Shown here: positions 1 to 11,414 of the stretch, piece by piece
Layout of the letters: each line of letters starts with the position of its first letter
How positions within the stretch are numbered: the stretch's first letter is position 1
Assembly: GCA_963730935.1 (NCBI GenBank)
Contig: CAVSTP010000002.1
Location: 800,001 to 864,000, forward strand
Source of the DNA: an uncultured Nitrospiraceae bacterium
GTDB taxonomy: Bacteria > Nitrospirota > Nitrospiria > Nitrospirales > Nitrospiraceae
DNA: 64,000 nt
Reading direction: 5' to 3'
Program-made: the position numbers and the translations under genes
The notes under the pieces: model-generated
Database searches by the model: none
Told to the model about the DNA's origin: nothing
What the model saw: only the letters and a program-made list of their open reading frames with translations

Positions 1-236
1 CCTCGGTCTTCGAGGCCTGGGCCATCCACTCGTCATCTCTGCAATGGTACGCTGGGTCCGGTTGTGTGCTCGTTGACGACGGTCACCGGTCGGTGTGCGT
101 GCCGATCCTCGCCGGCGCGTTGTTTCGTCCTCCGCTCTCCTGATCTTCTTTCGCGTTGACCGACACCATCATTTGCCTCGAATCATGAGCAGCTCCTCGT
201 ATGTGGATGAGGAGACGAAACAGGAAGGAATCAGGG

Positions 237-653
237 ATGACACGGATACGTCTGAGCATGGGCTGTGCCATGGCCATTGCGCTCTCGGTGGCGTGCGGGC
301 ATACGCCGTCGACGGACGCCGGCAGGAGCGTACGAACGGTCGAGATTTCTCAGCAGGTCAATCCCCGCGTCATGTATGCCTCGCCCGGAGAAGAAGTCCG
401 ATGGACGAACGCCCGTTCGAATACGGTGCGCATCGGGTTCTTGAGTAAGCGCTTGTTGGAGGACCATCGGTGCCAGAAGGGCATCGTCGATTTATTCGGG
501 CAGGTGGATGACCTGGTCACGATCGCGCCGGGGGAATCGATCAGCCTGTGCTTCGCCCGCACGGGAGACCTTCAGTACAACGTCTGGTTCGATCCCGAGG
601 ATCCGCGCGGAGCGATCAGTCCGACGCTGACCATTAGCATCCGGGGTGGGTGA
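237..653 (+). CDS. Putative lipoprotein, possibly cupredoxin-like beta fold
   Basis: Signal peptide with lipobox LSVAC. In-frame ATG 237 chosen over ORF start 201. GEEVRWTN and GESISLCF..TGDLQYNV segments resemble cupredoxin-like strands. Confidence 0.55.
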   Translation: MTRIRLSMGCAMAIALSVACGHTPSTDAGRSVRTVEISQQVNPRVMYASPGEEVRWTNARSNTVRIGFLSKRLLEDHRCQKGIVDLFGQVDDLVTIAPGESISLCFARTGDLQYNVWFDPEDPRGAISPTLTISIRGG

Positions 654-682
654 GGAGGCTGACGGCCATTTTCAGCATCCGA

Positions 683-2467
683 TTAGAGGACGTCGCTCCA
701 CGGAGGGCTGACCGCAAACGCCGCGTTGATCAATCCGACGTGGGAATAGGCTTGGGGAAAATTGCCGCATTGCTCATTCGTACGAGGGATGAAGTGTTCC
801 GACAACAAGCCGACGTGGTTGCCAGCCGTCACCACGCGATCGAGGATGGCGCGTGCGTCATCGACGCTCCCCAAACGAGCTAGTGCTTGGGCGATCCACA
901 GCGAACATACGACAAAGGCGCCGTCGGGCTTTCCAAAGTCGTCTTCGCGGACATAGCGGTAAAAAAATCCCGTGTTTTGCTGATCGCGTTTCAGAGACAG
1001 GTCCTGAACAATCTGCGAGAGCGTGGATTCACAGAGCTTGCGGTCAGGATACCCGAGGATCGCCAGCTGCGCGAGCGCCGCGTCATGGCTGGGATCGTCA
1101 GGGCCGTTGCGCACAGAACCCTCACGAACGGCGCGTAGCAAAGCCTCCGCGGCACGCTGCCGGTCGGCGGTCAAGTCCTGCTTGATCGCTTTGAGGTATC
1201 CGGCCCGCTTGATCCGTTCCAAGCGTTCCAGACCGGCCCAACACAAGAGGTTGGTGAACGAATGTTCTTGCCAGCCGCTTCGGATCTCCCACAGTCCCGC
1301 GTCCTGCCGCCCGATGCTTCTGGCGCAGAGCTGGGCTAGATGTGCGAGAAGGCCGTCGAGGTCTCGGGTACGGAGATCGACGAACCGTTCGTCGAAAAAG
1401 ATCGGCGTGAAGGTGAGAATCATCTCGCCATACGCGTCGTTTTGGACCTGATCGGCCGCCTGATTGTAGCTGCGGACTGGAGCGCTGCCTTGGTACCCCT
1501 TCCAGTTGGTATGCTCGATCTCCGGAAGGGGCAAGCCCTGACTCAGGGTGTACACTGGCCGGAGCCGGTCTCGCGAATGCTCATGCGTGAGCGCGATGTT
1601 CAGGAGGAAGTTCAGAAAGGCTTCCATCTCTTCGAAGTGCCCAAGACTGTTGAAGGCCGTGAGCGTAAAGTAGGCGTCGCGTAGCCAGCAGTAGCGGTAA
1701 TCCCAATTCCGCGGTCCGGCCAGCTGCTCGGGCAGACTGGTCGTCATGGCCGCCAGAATCGCTCCTGTGTCCTCATAGCAGTGGAGCTTCAGGGCCAGTG
1801 CGGATCGGATCACTTCTTTCTGATGCAGTAACGGAACGGAACAATGCTTGACCCACAACCGCCAATAGCGGGTCGTTTGTTCCAGAAAGTCATGCGTGAC
1901 TTTCACGAGGTCGTCTTCGATGCCGAGGCCCCAGGTGAGGCCGAAATAAAAATTCCGCGTCAGGGCAACCGGTGTTTCTTCGCACAGATAGGTCAAGGGC
2001 ATATTGGTGAGCAGTCGCAGTGACTCGCCGCGAATGTCGTATCGCAGATGATTGCTGCCACGGATCAGAGGCGCGACGGTCTTGTCCCATCCGGTGACGG
2101 GACGACAGCTCACCACAATGGCCGGTGTGCCTTGCAGAGGCTCGACGAGCCGGAACAGGGCGGCAGGACGATACATGCGGCCGTATTGCTCGAATCGGGG
2201 ACAGAAATCCGTGATCTGAAACGAGTCACCGTTCGAAAGCGTGACGGTCGTCAACAGGATGTTGGTATTAGGGAGATACGATTGGCTGGTCGTGCATGCC
2301 ATGGACGATGGGGGACTGGCGATGGAGAAATGACCACCTTCAGGATCCAAGAGCCGTCCGAAGACCGGCGGACTGTCCGGCCGGGGGAGGCACATCCATT
2401 CGACGGACCCAGTTGCATTGATGAGGGCCGAGGTATGACAATTGCCAATGAGAGAGTAGGGATACAT
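683..2467 (-). CDS. Glycoside hydrolase family 15 (trehalase/glucoamylase-like)
   Basis: LIGNCHTSALI, RNWDYRYCWLRD, DAGLWEIR and GLLSEH...GNFPQAYSH motifs; adjacent to otsAB. Confidence 0.92.
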   Translation of the reverse strand: MYPYSLIGNCHTSALINATGSVEWMCLPRPDSPPVFGRLLDPEGGHFSIASPPSSMACTTSQSYLPNTNILLTTVTLSNGDSFQITDFCPRFEQYGRMYRPAALFRLVEPLQGTPAIVVSCRPVTGWDKTVAPLIRGSNHLRYDIRGESLRLLTNMPLTYLCEETPVALTRNFYFGLTWGLGIEDDLVKVTHDFLEQTTRYWRLWVKHCSVPLLHQKEVIRSALALKLHCYEDTGAILAAMTTSLPEQLAGPRNWDYRYCWLRDAYFTLTAFNSLGHFEEMEAFLNFLLNIALTHEHSRDRLRPVYTLSQGLPLPEIEHTNWKGYQGSAPVRSYNQAADQVQNDAYGEMILTFTPIFFDERFVDLRTRDLDGLLAHLAQLCARSIGRQDAGLWEIRSGWQEHSFTNLLCWAGLERLERIKRAGYLKAIKQDLTADRQRAAEALLRAVREGSVRNGPDDPSHDAALAQLAILGYPDRKLCESTLSQIVQDLSLKRDQQNTGFFYRYVREDDFGKPDGAFVVCSLWIAQALARLGSVDDARAILDRVVTAGNHVGLLSEHFIPRTNEQCGNFPQAYSHVGLINAAFAVSPPWSDVL

Positions 2468-2515
2468 GTCCTCACACTAGGGCATTTTGCGGCCGAAGTA
2501 AACGAGAGGTGATGT

Positions 2516-4765
2516 ATGCGCTTGTCACTGCGCTTTTTGTTTCCTTTGGCTCTGGTGCTTGCCGCCTTAGCCTATGCCGTCATCCCCCTGGTCGATAGCC
2601 TCACGCTGAAATGGTTCGTGAAGGATCTTGAAATCCGTGCCGAACTGGTCGGCCGCATGGTCGAAGGCCCCCTCGGCGACCTCTTGGTGTCCGAATCCAA
2701 GACGAAGCTGTTGGCGTATTTCAACCGGATCATCCAGGATGAACGGCTGTTTGCTATCGGATTTTGCGACCGCAACAATCGCCTGCTGTACAAGACATTC
2801 ACTTATCCGGACGCCATCACGTGTGAGGGGGCCACGACGGTGCTCACCGGACAAACGGCTCTCGTGCAGCTGCCGCGCGGAGCCGTGCACGTATCGGCCG
2901 TCGGCATCGATGGCAATAGCGGTCCACTCGGCCGCCTGATGCTGGTGCACGACATGAGCTGGGTGCAACGCCGGAGCAGCGATACCAAGCGGTATCTGTT
3001 TTACCTCTTTGCCATCATTGGGGCGGTGATCTCCTCCGTCACCGTACTGGTCGCCCACTTGAGCTGGCGCGGGTGGGTGACAGGCGTCCGGGCGATGCTG
3101 CGGGGCGAAGGATTCATTGCCTTAAAGAAAGACAAGCACCATGGCCCGGAGTTGCAGCCCGTCGCCAAAGATCTGCGTGCGCTCATCCACGATCTTGAGG
3201 CCGACAAGCGCATGCGGGACGAAAGCCAGTTGAGCTGGAAGCCCGTCACCCTCAAGTCCATTCTCCACGACCATCTGGCCGGAGACGAGGTGCTGATTGT
3301 GTCGAATCGCGAGCCGTACATTCACAATTGGAAGGATGATGCTATTCAGGTGCAAGTACCGGCCAGTGGGGTCGTCACGGCCCTGGAGCCGATCATGCGG
3401 GCCTGCTCTGGCGTGTGGATCGCGCATGGAAACGGCAGCGCGGACCGAGACGTCGTGGACGCGCGCGGCCATGTCCGTGTGCCGCCTGATGCGCCCTCAT
3501 TCGATATCCGGAGAGTCTGGATCACCCCTGAAGAAGAAGCCGGCTATTACTACGGGTTCGCAAACGAAGGCATCTGGCCTCTCTGCCATCTGGCCCACGT
3601 GCGTCCTGTATTTCGTTCCACAGATTGGCAACAGTACAAGGAAATTAATGAACGATTCGCGTTGACAGTCGTGGAGGAAGCCAAAACCGATAATCCCGTC
3701 GTGCTGATCCAGGATTTCCATCTCGCGTTGGTCCCAAAGATGGTGCGGGATCACCTGCCGAATGCCACCATTATCACGTTCTGGCACATCCCCTGGCCGA
3801 ATCCCGAGCGCTATGCGATTTGTCCATGGTATGTCGAAATTTTGGAAGGTCTGTTGGGCAGCAGCATTCTGGGATTCCACACTCGCTTTCACTGCAGTAA
3901 CTTCATCAACACTGTGGATCGGTCTCTCGAGACGAGGATCGACTGGGACAGTTCGACCATTTCATACGGAGGGAAACTCACGGCGGTCAATCCCTATCCA
4001 ATCTCGATCGAGTGGCCGAGTCGTGCGTTGACTCACCAGCCTTCCGTCGCCGAATGCCGCAGGCGGATACGGGAGATCTATGCGCTGCCGGCCGATCACC
4101 GCGTGGCATTGGGAATCGAACGCCTCGACTACACGAAGGGCATCCTTGAACGGTTTCTGGCCGCCGAACGACTCTTGGAGCTGGAGCCCCAGTGGATTGG
4201 GCGGTTTACGTTTGTCCAAATTGCCGCGCCCAGCCGCTCGAAGATCGAGGAATATGCGCAGTTCAAACAACAAGTGTTGGCTCTGGCCGACCGCATTAAT
4301 GCGCGATTTGGTACTGAGACCTACCGGCCTATTCATCTCCTCATTCAGCATCATGATGTGCAGGACGTCATGATGCATTACCGCGGGGCGGATTTGTGCG
4401 TCGTCAGCAGCCTTCATGACGGGATGAATCTTGTCGCCAAAGAATTCGTCGCGGCCCGGGACGATGAACAGGGCGTCCTCATTCTTAGCCAATTCACCGG
4501 TGCGGCCAGCGAGCTGCCGGACGCGCTCGTGGTGAACCCCTACAATATCGATCAGTGCGCCGCGGCGATGCATCTCGCCCTGACCATGCCTCCGACCGAA
4601 CAACGCGCGCGCATGCGGAGCATGAGGGGGATCGTCCAAGAGTTCAATGTGTTTCGCTGGGCGGGACGCATGCTCATGGACGCTGCTCGTATGCGGAAGC
4701 GAGTACGTGTTGAGCGACAAACAAGTGCTCGAAACGTCAGAACCACGACGGGAGGGCAGGCGTGA
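2516..4765 (+). CDS. otsA: Trehalose-6-phosphate synthase (GT20) with N-terminal 2-TM/extracytoplasmic extension
   Basis: [41 protein letters not shown] and [10 protein letters not shown] motifs; about 250 extra N-terminal residues. Confidence 0.93.
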   Translation: MRLSLRFLFPLALVLAALAYAVIPLVDSLTLKWFVKDLEIRAELVGRMVEGPLGDLLVSESKTKLLAYFNRIIQDERLFAIGFCDRNNRLLYKTFTYPDAITCEGATTVLTGQTALVQLPRGAVHVSAVGIDGNSGPLGRLMLVHDMSWVQRRSSDTKRYLFYLFAIIGAVISSVTVLVAHLSWRGWVTGVRAMLRGEGFIALKKDKHHGPELQPVAKDLRALIHDLEADKRMRDESQLSWKPVTLKSILHDHLAGDEVLIVSNREPYIHNWKDDAIQVQVPASGVVTALEPIMRACSGVWIAHGNGSADRDVVDARGHVRVPPDAPSFDIRRVWITPEEEAGYYYGFANEGIWPLCHLAHVRPVFRSTDWQQYKEINERFALTVVEEAKTDNPVVLIQDFHLALVPKMVRDHLPNATIITFWHIPWPNPERYAICPWYVEILEGLLGSSILGFHTRFHCSNFINTVDRSLETRIDWDSSTISYGGKLTAVNPYPISIEWPSRALTHQPSVAECRRRIREIYALPADHRVALGIERLDYTKGILERFLAAERLLELEPQWIGRFTFVQIAAPSRSKIEEYAQFKQQVLALADRINARFGTETYRPIHLLIQHHDVQDVMMHYRGADLCVVSSLHDGMNLVAKEFVAARDDEQGVLILSQFTGAASELPDALVVNPYNIDQCAAAMHLALTMPPTEQRARMRSMRGIVQEFNVFRWAGRMLMDAARMRKRVRVERQTSARNVRTTTGGQA

Positions 4766-5556
4766 TTCATGCCCTTTCGGACACCGGCCTTCGCGCGTTG
4801 CGTGATGCCGCGTCTCAGCCGCTGTTGTATGCCTTTGATTTTGACGGCACACTCGCTCCGATCTCACGCGATCGCCAGGCGGTCAACGTCTCTGACTCCA
4901 CGTTGCAGTCGCTGGGTGAGCTGGCGAAGCGCGCACCCTGTGCAATTGTGACCGGGAGAGCGCTCGCCGACGTCGCGATGAGGATCAATGGCTACGTTCC
5001 TCATTTGATCGGCAATCATGGCATCGAAAGTCCATTGACCTCTCCCAGCGTGTTGGTTGAAGCCGAACGGACGTGCGCGAAGTGGAAGCATCAGCTGCAA
5101 AGCGGTCTGCCCATGACCCCGCCCGGTGCGGAGATCGAGGACAAACGATATTCGCTCACTGTCCATTTTCGCGGCGCCGAGAATCCGGCGGATGTCAGCA
5201 TGGCCGCGCTCGCCGCTCTCCGGCGACTGAGCCCTGCCCCTCAATTGATCGAAGGTAAGTATGCCATCAACGTCCTGCCTCCCGGGCAAAGCGGAAAGGG
5301 CCGCGCCACGTTGGCGCTCATGAAACATCTCGGGCGAACCGGCTTGTTCTATATCGGTGACGAGGAGACCGACGAGACCGTGTTTTCGCTGGGGCAGGTG
5401 GTTACGATGGGGGTCCGTGTCGGCAGAGTGGACGGGTCCCGCGCCGGATTCTATCTACACGACCAAGCAGAAGTCGAAGGACTTCTTCGTCTGCTGGTCC
5501 AGTGCATGGGTGGGTCTCCCTCATCTGAAGTAGCCAACGGGCCAACAGAAATCTGA
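4762..5556 (+). CDS. otsB: Trehalose-6-phosphate phosphatase (HAD)
   Basis: FDFDGTL, VTGR, GNHG, IEDK and IGDEETDE motifs; GTGA overlap with otsA. Confidence 0.92.
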   Translation: MIHALSDTGLRALRDAASQPLLYAFDFDGTLAPISRDRQAVNVSDSTLQSLGELAKRAPCAIVTGRALADVAMRINGYVPHLIGNHGIESPLTSPSVLVEAERTCAKWKHQLQSGLPMTPPGAEIEDKRYSLTVHFRGAENPADVSMAALAALRRLSPAPQLIEGKYAINVLPPGQSGKGRATLALMKHLGRTGLFYIGDEETDETVFSLGQVVTMGVRVGRVDGSRAGFYLHDQAEVEGLLRLLVQCMGGSPSSEVANGPTEI

Positions 5557-5617
5557 GGCCGGTGACGACTCGTCCGAGACAGGTCCGGCATGGTCAGACT
5601 CGTGTAGAGTGCGCCCG

Positions 5618-6859
5618 ATGGACTCGGCGGATCTCGTGATCGTCGGAGGGGGCGCAGCCGGTCTTGCCGCTGCGATCGCTTCCGGCGAACGTAAGGGAGG
5701 ACGCCGGGTCGTCCTCCTCGATGGCGCGAAGGCACTGGGAGCCAAGATCCTGGTGTCCGGCGGCGGGCGGTGCAACGTTACACACGAAACGGTGACTCCT
5801 GCCGACTTCTTCGGTAACCGCCGCATCATCAAAAATGTGCTCGCGGCCTGGTCCGTCGAACGGACCATCGACTGGTTTGCGGGCATGGGCGTCGAGCTCA
5901 AGCGCGAAGCCACCGGCAAGCTCTTTCCCACCACCGATAAGGCGCGGACGGTGCTCGAAGCGCTCCTCGAGCGCTGTCGCGGCCTGAGCGTGGAGATTCA
6001 GACCGGCCGGCGCGTCTCCGGCATCGAACGGGCCGACGGAGGCTTCGTCGTCCGCGACAGCCAGGGGGCCATCGCCGCAAAGGCGGTCATCCTTGCGACC
6101 GGCGGCAGGTCGCTTCCGAAATCGGGGAGCGATGGCTCGGGCTATGCGATGGCCTGCTCTCTCGGTCATTCGCTGACATCAACCGTTGCCGCGCTCGTGC
6201 CACTGGTTCTGCAGGAGACGATGTTTCATCGGATGCTCTCCGGCCTGTCGCAGGAGGTGGCGCTGACCACGATCGTGGGCGGGAAGCCCGTCGACCTCCG
6301 CAGGGGAAGCCTGCTCTGGACCCATTTTGGCGTGAGTGGTCCGGTGGTCATGGACGCGAGCCGGTTTTGGACATTGGCCCGCGAACAGGGAGAGCAGGCT
6401 GACGTCTCTGTCAGTCTGGTTCCGCATTGGACGCCGGAAGCGGCACGGGCCTGGTTCATGGCACAGGCGGCGGCCAATCCGCGAAGGTCGCTCGGTAAGA
6501 CGTTGGCGCGCATGGTGCCGGAACGCTTAGCGGAGGCTGTCTGCACCTCTATCGGGGCGGAGGCACGGACACCTGCGGCGCAGGTGCCTCGCGGCGAACG
6601 AGACGGGGTGGTCGCCGCCTTGACCCGGCTGCCTCTCCCCGTGGCGACGGACCGCGGGTGGAACCATGCCGAAGTGACGGCCGGCGGCATTCCCCTCGAG
6701 GAGATCAATTATCGGACCATGGAATCGAAGTTGGTTCCCGAGCTGTATCTGATCGGAGAGATGCTCGATTGCGATGGACGCATCGGCGGATTCAATTTTC
6801 AGTGGGCCTGGGCCACAGGCTACCTGGCCGGGTGCGCCGCAACCGCTTCGCCGGCATGA
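5618..6859 (+). CDS. HI0933/BaiN-family NAD(P)/FAD-dependent oxidoreductase
   Basis: GGGAAG, KILVSGGGRCNVT, ATGGRS.P..GSDGSGY, AEVTAGGI and GGFNFQWAWATG motifs. Confidence 0.92.
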   Translation: MDSADLVIVGGGAAGLAAAIASGERKGGRRVVLLDGAKALGAKILVSGGGRCNVTHETVTPADFFGNRRIIKNVLAAWSVERTIDWFAGMGVELKREATGKLFPTTDKARTVLEALLERCRGLSVEIQTGRRVSGIERADGGFVVRDSQGAIAAKAVILATGGRSLPKSGSDGSGYAMACSLGHSLTSTVAALVPLVLQETMFHRMLSGLSQEVALTTIVGGKPVDLRRGSLLWTHFGVSGPVVMDASRFWTLAREQGEQADVSVSLVPHWTPEAARAWFMAQAAANPRRSLGKTLARMVPERLAEAVCTSIGAEARTPAAQVPRGERDGVVAALTRLPLPVATDRGWNHAEVTAGGIPLEEINYRTMESKLVPELYLIGEMLDCDGRIGGFNFQWAWATGYLAGCAATASPA

Positions 6860-6942
6860 GTCCGCGCCTTTCTGTCGGACACTTGAGCTATTGGCGAGAG
6901 CGGAGTACATATGAAGGAAGCGGCGCGACGCGCCCGTTGCTC

Positions 6943-7623
6943 ATGATCCGATTCTTCGGCCACATCCTCACCTCCCTCGGCAGCAAGGTTCTCATTGCCC
7001 TCTCGGGGCTGGCGTTCGCCGTCTTCGTGGTCTTCCACATGCTCGGTAATTTACAGGTGTTCCAAGGGCCGGATGCGCTGAATTCTTATGCCGCGTTTTT
7101 GCGGGATATGCCGATGGCTCTGTGGAGCGCGCGGCTGACGCTGCTCGCGATCGTTGCGGTGCACATCGGCCTTTCGGTCCGATTAGCCATCCAGAACCGG
7201 CGCGCCAGGCCGGTCGGCTACGTGACGCATCGGTATCGCCGGGCGTCGCTGGCGTCCAGGACGATGGCGCTCACCGGCAGCCTCCTGGTGTTGTTCATCG
7301 TCTTTCACCTGCTGCATTTGACCGCCGGCTTGGTGGATCCGTCGGTACATAACCGCCTGGACTTCCGCGGACACCGTGATGTCTTCGGCAACGTCGTCCA
7401 TGCGTTTCAGAATCCGGTGCTGGTCGTGATCTATCTCGTCGGCCAAGTGGCGCTGGGCTTTCATCTCAGCCACGCGCTGTCCAGCAGCCTCCAGAGCTTG
7501 GGCATGGAACATCCCATGCTCGACCGGCTCTTTCGCGGCGCGGGCCTGCTGGTCGCCATGCTGGTGGTCGTCGGGAATGCCGCAATCGTGCTGGCGATCG
7601 CCTTTGGACTGGTACGCGCATGA
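6943..7623 (+). CDS. sdhC: Succinate dehydrogenase/fumarate reductase cytochrome b subunit (single large anchor)
   Basis: About 5 TM helices with haem-ligand His (FHMLGN, VHI, FHLLH, FHLSH); first gene of the sdh operon. Start uncertain (alternative ATG 6856). Confidence 0.88.
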   Translation: MIRFFGHILTSLGSKVLIALSGLAFAVFVVFHMLGNLQVFQGPDALNSYAAFLRDMPMALWSARLTLLAIVAVHIGLSVRLAIQNRRARPVGYVTHRYRRASLASRTMALTGSLLVLFIVFHLLHLTAGLVDPSVHNRLDFRGHRDVFGNVVHAFQNPVLVVIYLVGQVALGFHLSHALSSSLQSLGMEHPMLDRLFRGAGLLVAMLVVVGNAAIVLAIAFGLVRA

Positions 7624-9530
7624 TCACACTCGATTCCAAAGTCCCGTCAGGGCCGCTCAATAGCAAATGGGACCGTCACCGTTTCAGTGAAAAACTGGTC
7701 AGTCCGTCGAACAAACGGTCGATCGGAATCATCGTGGTGGGAACGGGCCTGGCGGGCGCCAGCGCGGCGTCTACCCTTGGACAACTCGGCTATCAAGTGG
7801 AGTGTTTCTGCTTTCAGGACAGCCCCCGCCGCGCGCACAGTATCGCGGCGCAGGGCGGTATCAACGCGGCGAGGAACTATCAAGACGACGGCGACAGCGC
7901 CGAGCGCCTGTTTTATGACACGATCAAGGGCGGCGACTTCCGTTCGCGCGAAGCGAATGTCTACCGGCTCGCGCAGGTCAGCACCCAGATCATCGATCAA
8001 TGCGTGGCGCTTGGCGTGCCTTTTGCCCGTGAATATGGCGGACAGCTGGCCAACCGCTCGTTCGGGGGCGTGCAGGTGTCACGCACGTTTTACTGCCGGG
8101 GTCAGACGGGCCAGCAGCTCTTGCTCGGCGCCTATTCCGCCCTCTGCTGGCAGATCGAGCGCGGCCAGGTGAGGATCCATCCTCGGACGGAAATGCTCGA
8201 TCTGATCGTCGTTGACGGCCACGCGCGGGGGATCGTCGTGCGCGATCTCGTCACCGGCGAGATCCGATCGCATACGGCTCAAGCCGTCGTGTTGGCGACG
8301 GGAGGCTACAGCAATATCTTCTATCTCTCGACCAATGCCAGTGGCTGCAACGTGACGGCCACTTACCGGGCATGGAAGCAGGGCGCTGCCTTTGCCAATC
8401 CCTGTTTCACGCAGATCCATCCGACAGCGATCCCACCCAGCGAGGCCTATCAGGCGAAGTTGACGCTGATGTCAGAATCGCTGCGCAATGATGGGCGTTT
8501 GTGGGTCCCCAAGCAGAAGGGAGATACCCGGCCGCCCGATGAAATCCCTGAAGAGGAGCGCGATTATTTCTTGGAACGCCGCTATCCGCGCTTCGGCAAC
8601 TTGGCTCCCCGCGATTTGGCGTCTCGGGCGGTTAAACAGATTTGCGACGAAGGCTGCGGAGTCGGGCCCGGCGGGTATGGGGTGTACTTGGACCTCTCGG
8701 ACGCCATCGCCAAGCAAGGGCTCGAAGTTGTCCAGGAACGCTACAGCAATCTCTTCGATATGTATCAGCGTATCACAGGCGAAGATGCCTATAAGACGCC
8801 GATGCGCATCTACCCTGCGCCCCACTATACGATGGGCGGGCTATGGGTCGATTATAATTTGATGAGCACGATTCCCGGCCTCTTCGTGATCGGAGAGGCG
8901 AATTTTGCCGATCATGGCGCCAATCGCCTGGGCGCGAGTTCGCTGATGCAAGGGTTGGCCGACGGCTACTTCATACTACCCTACACGATCGGCCATTACT
9001 TGGCGACCACCAAGAGCAGCCCGATCGGTCCCGATCATCCCGATGTGCGCGCCGTGAAGGAGCGGGTGAATGAGCGGGTCGGGCGTCTGCTGCGAGGGCG
9101 GGGCAGACAAACCGCTGCCTCCTTTCACCGAACGTTGGGACACCTCATGTGGGATCTCTGCGGGATGGCGCGACACGAAGCGGGACTCAAACAGGCGCTC
9201 GAGCGGATCCCAGCCCTGCGCGAGGAGTTCTGGCACGACGTGGCGGTGCTCGGCTCAGGGGAGACGCTGAATCAAGAACTGGAATATGCCGGGCGGGTCG
9301 CCGATTTTCTCGAGTTTGCCGAATTGCTCTGCCATGACGCGCTGCATCGAGAAGAATCGTGCGGAGCGCATTTCCGCGAGGAGCATCAGACGCCGCACGG
9401 AGAACCAGTGAGGGACGATGCCCGGTTCTCCCATGTGGCCGCGTGGGAGTATGTGCCCAACAGCCGGCCGGCGCTGCACAAGGAGCCACTGGTGTTCGAG
9501 TTCGTGAAACCAGCGATGCGCACCTACTAA
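7620..9530 (+). CDS. sdhA: Succinate dehydrogenase/fumarate reductase flavoprotein subunit
   Basis: [21 protein letters not shown] (covalent FAD His), QIHPT, HYTMGG, HGANRLG and REESCGAH motifs. Confidence 0.96.
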   Translation: MITLDSKVPSGPLNSKWDRHRFSEKLVSPSNKRSIGIIVVGTGLAGASAASTLGQLGYQVECFCFQDSPRRAHSIAAQGGINAARNYQDDGDSAERLFYDTIKGGDFRSREANVYRLAQVSTQIIDQCVALGVPFAREYGGQLANRSFGGVQVSRTFYCRGQTGQQLLLGAYSALCWQIERGQVRIHPRTEMLDLIVVDGHARGIVVRDLVTGEIRSHTAQAVVLATGGYSNIFYLSTNASGCNVTATYRAWKQGAAFANPCFTQIHPTAIPPSEAYQAKLTLMSESLRNDGRLWVPKQKGDTRPPDEIPEEERDYFLERRYPRFGNLAPRDLASRAVKQICDEGCGVGPGGYGVYLDLSDAIAKQGLEVVQERYSNLFDMYQRITGEDAYKTPMRIYPAPHYTMGGLWVDYNLMSTIPGLFVIGEANFADHGANRLGASSLMQGLADGYFILPYTIGHYLATTKSSPIGPDHPDVRAVKERVNERVGRLLRGRGRQTAASFHRTLGHLMWDLCGMARHEAGLKQALERIPALREEFWHDVAVLGSGETLNQELEYAGRVADFLEFAELLCHDALHREESCGAHFREEHQTPHGEPVRDDARFSHVAAWEYVPNSRPALHKEPLVFEFVKPAMRTY

Positions 9531-9545
9531 CCATGAACTAGGACG

Positions 9546-10337
9546 ATGAAGTTCACGCTGAACATCTGGCGGCAGGCGGGACCGGCGGACAAGGGCCGGC
9601 TGCGCACCTATCAGGCCAAAAACATCAGTCCTGCCATGTCCTTTCTCGAGATGCTGGACGTGGTCAATCACGAGCTCACGCTCAAGGGCGAGGAACCGGT
9701 GGCCTTTGAGTATGATTGCCGCGAAGGCATTTGTGGCAGCTGCTCGCTCGTCATTGACGGCGTCCCGCACGGCCCGGACCGCGGCATCACGGCCTGTCAG
9801 CTCCATATGCGCCGGTTCAAGGACGGCACCACAATTACGATCGAGCCCTGGCGGGCCAAGGCCTTTCCGATCATCAAGGACCTTGTCGTGGACCGGAGCG
9901 CGTTCGACCGCATCATGCAGGCCGGAGGGTACATCTCGGTCAATACCGGAGGAGCGGTGGATGGCAATGTATTGCTGATCGGCAAGGATCAGGCGGAGAC
10001 TGCGATGGATGCCGCCTCCTGCATTTCGTGTGGCGCCTGCGTGGCCGCCTGCAAGAATGCATCGGCCACGTTATTCGTCGCGGCCAAGGTCTCCCACCTT
10101 GCCTTGTTGCCTCAAGGCGATCCCGAACGAACGAAGCGCGCCAAGGCCATGGTCGCCGCGATGGACCGCGAAGGGTTCGGGTCCTGTAGCAACCAGTATG
10201 AATGTGAAGCTGTTTGCCCCAAATCGATCAGCGTCCGGTTCATCGCCAAGCTGAACCGGGAGTTTCTCCACGCCACCATCGCTGAGCCGGGTCCATTCAC
10301 CGAAGCGCCGGCCGATCCACACGACGAATCGCACTGA
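9546..10337 (+). CDS. sdhB: Succinate dehydrogenase/fumarate reductase iron-sulfur subunit
   Basis: [20 protein letters not shown] and [12 protein letters not shown] cysteine clusters. Confidence 0.96.
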   Translation: MKFTLNIWRQAGPADKGRLRTYQAKNISPAMSFLEMLDVVNHELTLKGEEPVAFEYDCREGICGSCSLVIDGVPHGPDRGITACQLHMRRFKDGTTITIEPWRAKAFPIIKDLVVDRSAFDRIMQAGGYISVNTGGAVDGNVLLIGKDQAETAMDAASCISCGACVAACKNASATLFVAAKVSHLALLPQGDPERTKRAKAMVAAMDREGFGSCSNQYECEAVCPKSISVRFIAKLNREFLHATIAEPGPFTEAPADPHDESH

Positions 10338-10453
10338 CAGACCCCGCAAGACAGCGGACGCCTACAGACGGTGGGCTTGACGACACTTCCCCACAAAGGC
10401 ACGCGTGTTCCGCCTCTTCTCTTGACAGATCACGGTGCATGCACTATCGATGA

Positions 10454-10978
10454 ATGATGGGCCGACTGCTGAATTGTCCCCAATGCCGCCATGAGCAGGT
10501 GCTCCGTTCCAGACCGCTGTCGGCCAGCGAACGGGTGGCGGCGATCTTCCTGCTGTCTCCCTTTTCTTGTCCGCAGTGCAGTTGCCGCTTTTTGGCGTCA
10601 CGCATCGGATTGGACCGTCCGCGCCATCCGATCGACCGTCGTGAACATCTCCGGATTCCAGTGCGGCTGTTTCTCTCCTTTTCCGGCGGCAAGGTCCGCG
10701 GCGAGGGAACGGTCCTCGACCTCTCGATGGGCGGCTGCATCATCAAGAGCGAGACCCACGTGCGGGTCGACGATATTTTTTATCTGGAAATCTCGACCGG
10801 GGCTCACGAGCCGCCGCTCGAGGTGGCTGCAATGGTGCGCTCAGTCAGTCAGCGCGGTATCGCCTTCAAGTTCTTGCGCGCGGCCCAGGACAACAAGCGG
10901 CTGCTGGCCTTCATTCAAGCGCAAACCGCCGAACATATCACGAAATCCTCCACTGCACCCGTGCCTGCCAAAGGCTGA
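10454..10978 (+). CDS. PilZ-domain protein with N-terminal zinc ribbon
   Basis: Two CPQC motifs; PilZ motifs RREHLR and DLSMGG. Confidence 0.85.
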   Translation: MMGRLLNCPQCRHEQVLRSRPLSASERVAAIFLLSPFSCPQCSCRFLASRIGLDRPRHPIDRREHLRIPVRLFLSFSGGKVRGEGTVLDLSMGGCIIKSETHVRVDDIFYLEISTGAHEPPLEVAAMVRSVSQRGIAFKFLRAAQDNKRLLAFIQAQTAEHITKSSTAPVPAKG

Positions 10979-11027
10979 GCGATCGGCACCTCTCAGTGCC
11001 TCACCCATCATCCTCTCCGCAACGTAT

Positions 11028-11333
11028 TTAGATCGGTTGTTCCCAGGCGGACGGCAGGGGATATTCCGTCGTCAGCCGCTCGTGCTCGGTGAGATCGTAT
11101 GGCTCGATCGTCAAGTCATGCGGATCGAGCGGTTCGGCGCAGGTTGGAGAGGTGAGAAAATCGATCAAGGCTTGCGCCTTGTCCTTGGTGGAAAACCGGC
11201 AGAGCCCATATTCCGGCATCGCTGAAGAAGGATGCCAGAAGGCCAGTTCAATCGCGCTGCCTTGATAGATGCCCAGCGAGCGGTGCCTGACTTGAAATCC
11301 ACCTGGCTGGAGGGACGAACGCTCGAGCGACAT
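11028..11333 (-). CDS. Hypothetical protein
   Basis: 101-aa ORF filling the gap between PilZ and lemA, preceded by a GGAGG SD. Confidence 0.6.
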   Translation of the reverse strand: MSLERSSLQPGGFQVRHRSLGIYQGSAIELAFWHPSSAMPEYGLCRFSTKDKAQALIDFLTSPTCAEPLDPHDLTIEPYDLTEHERLTTEYPLPSAWEQPI

Positions 11334-11414
11334 GGGCGGTAACCTCCGCTATCTTCAAGTGTATCCGCATGATAGCATGATCCTGTTTGCACCTTCATCA
11401 GAAGGAGGACGGCT

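Noticed and set aside
1..200. Short ORFs at the left edge
   Set aside because: No recognisable motif and the frame cannot be determined at the truncated edge.
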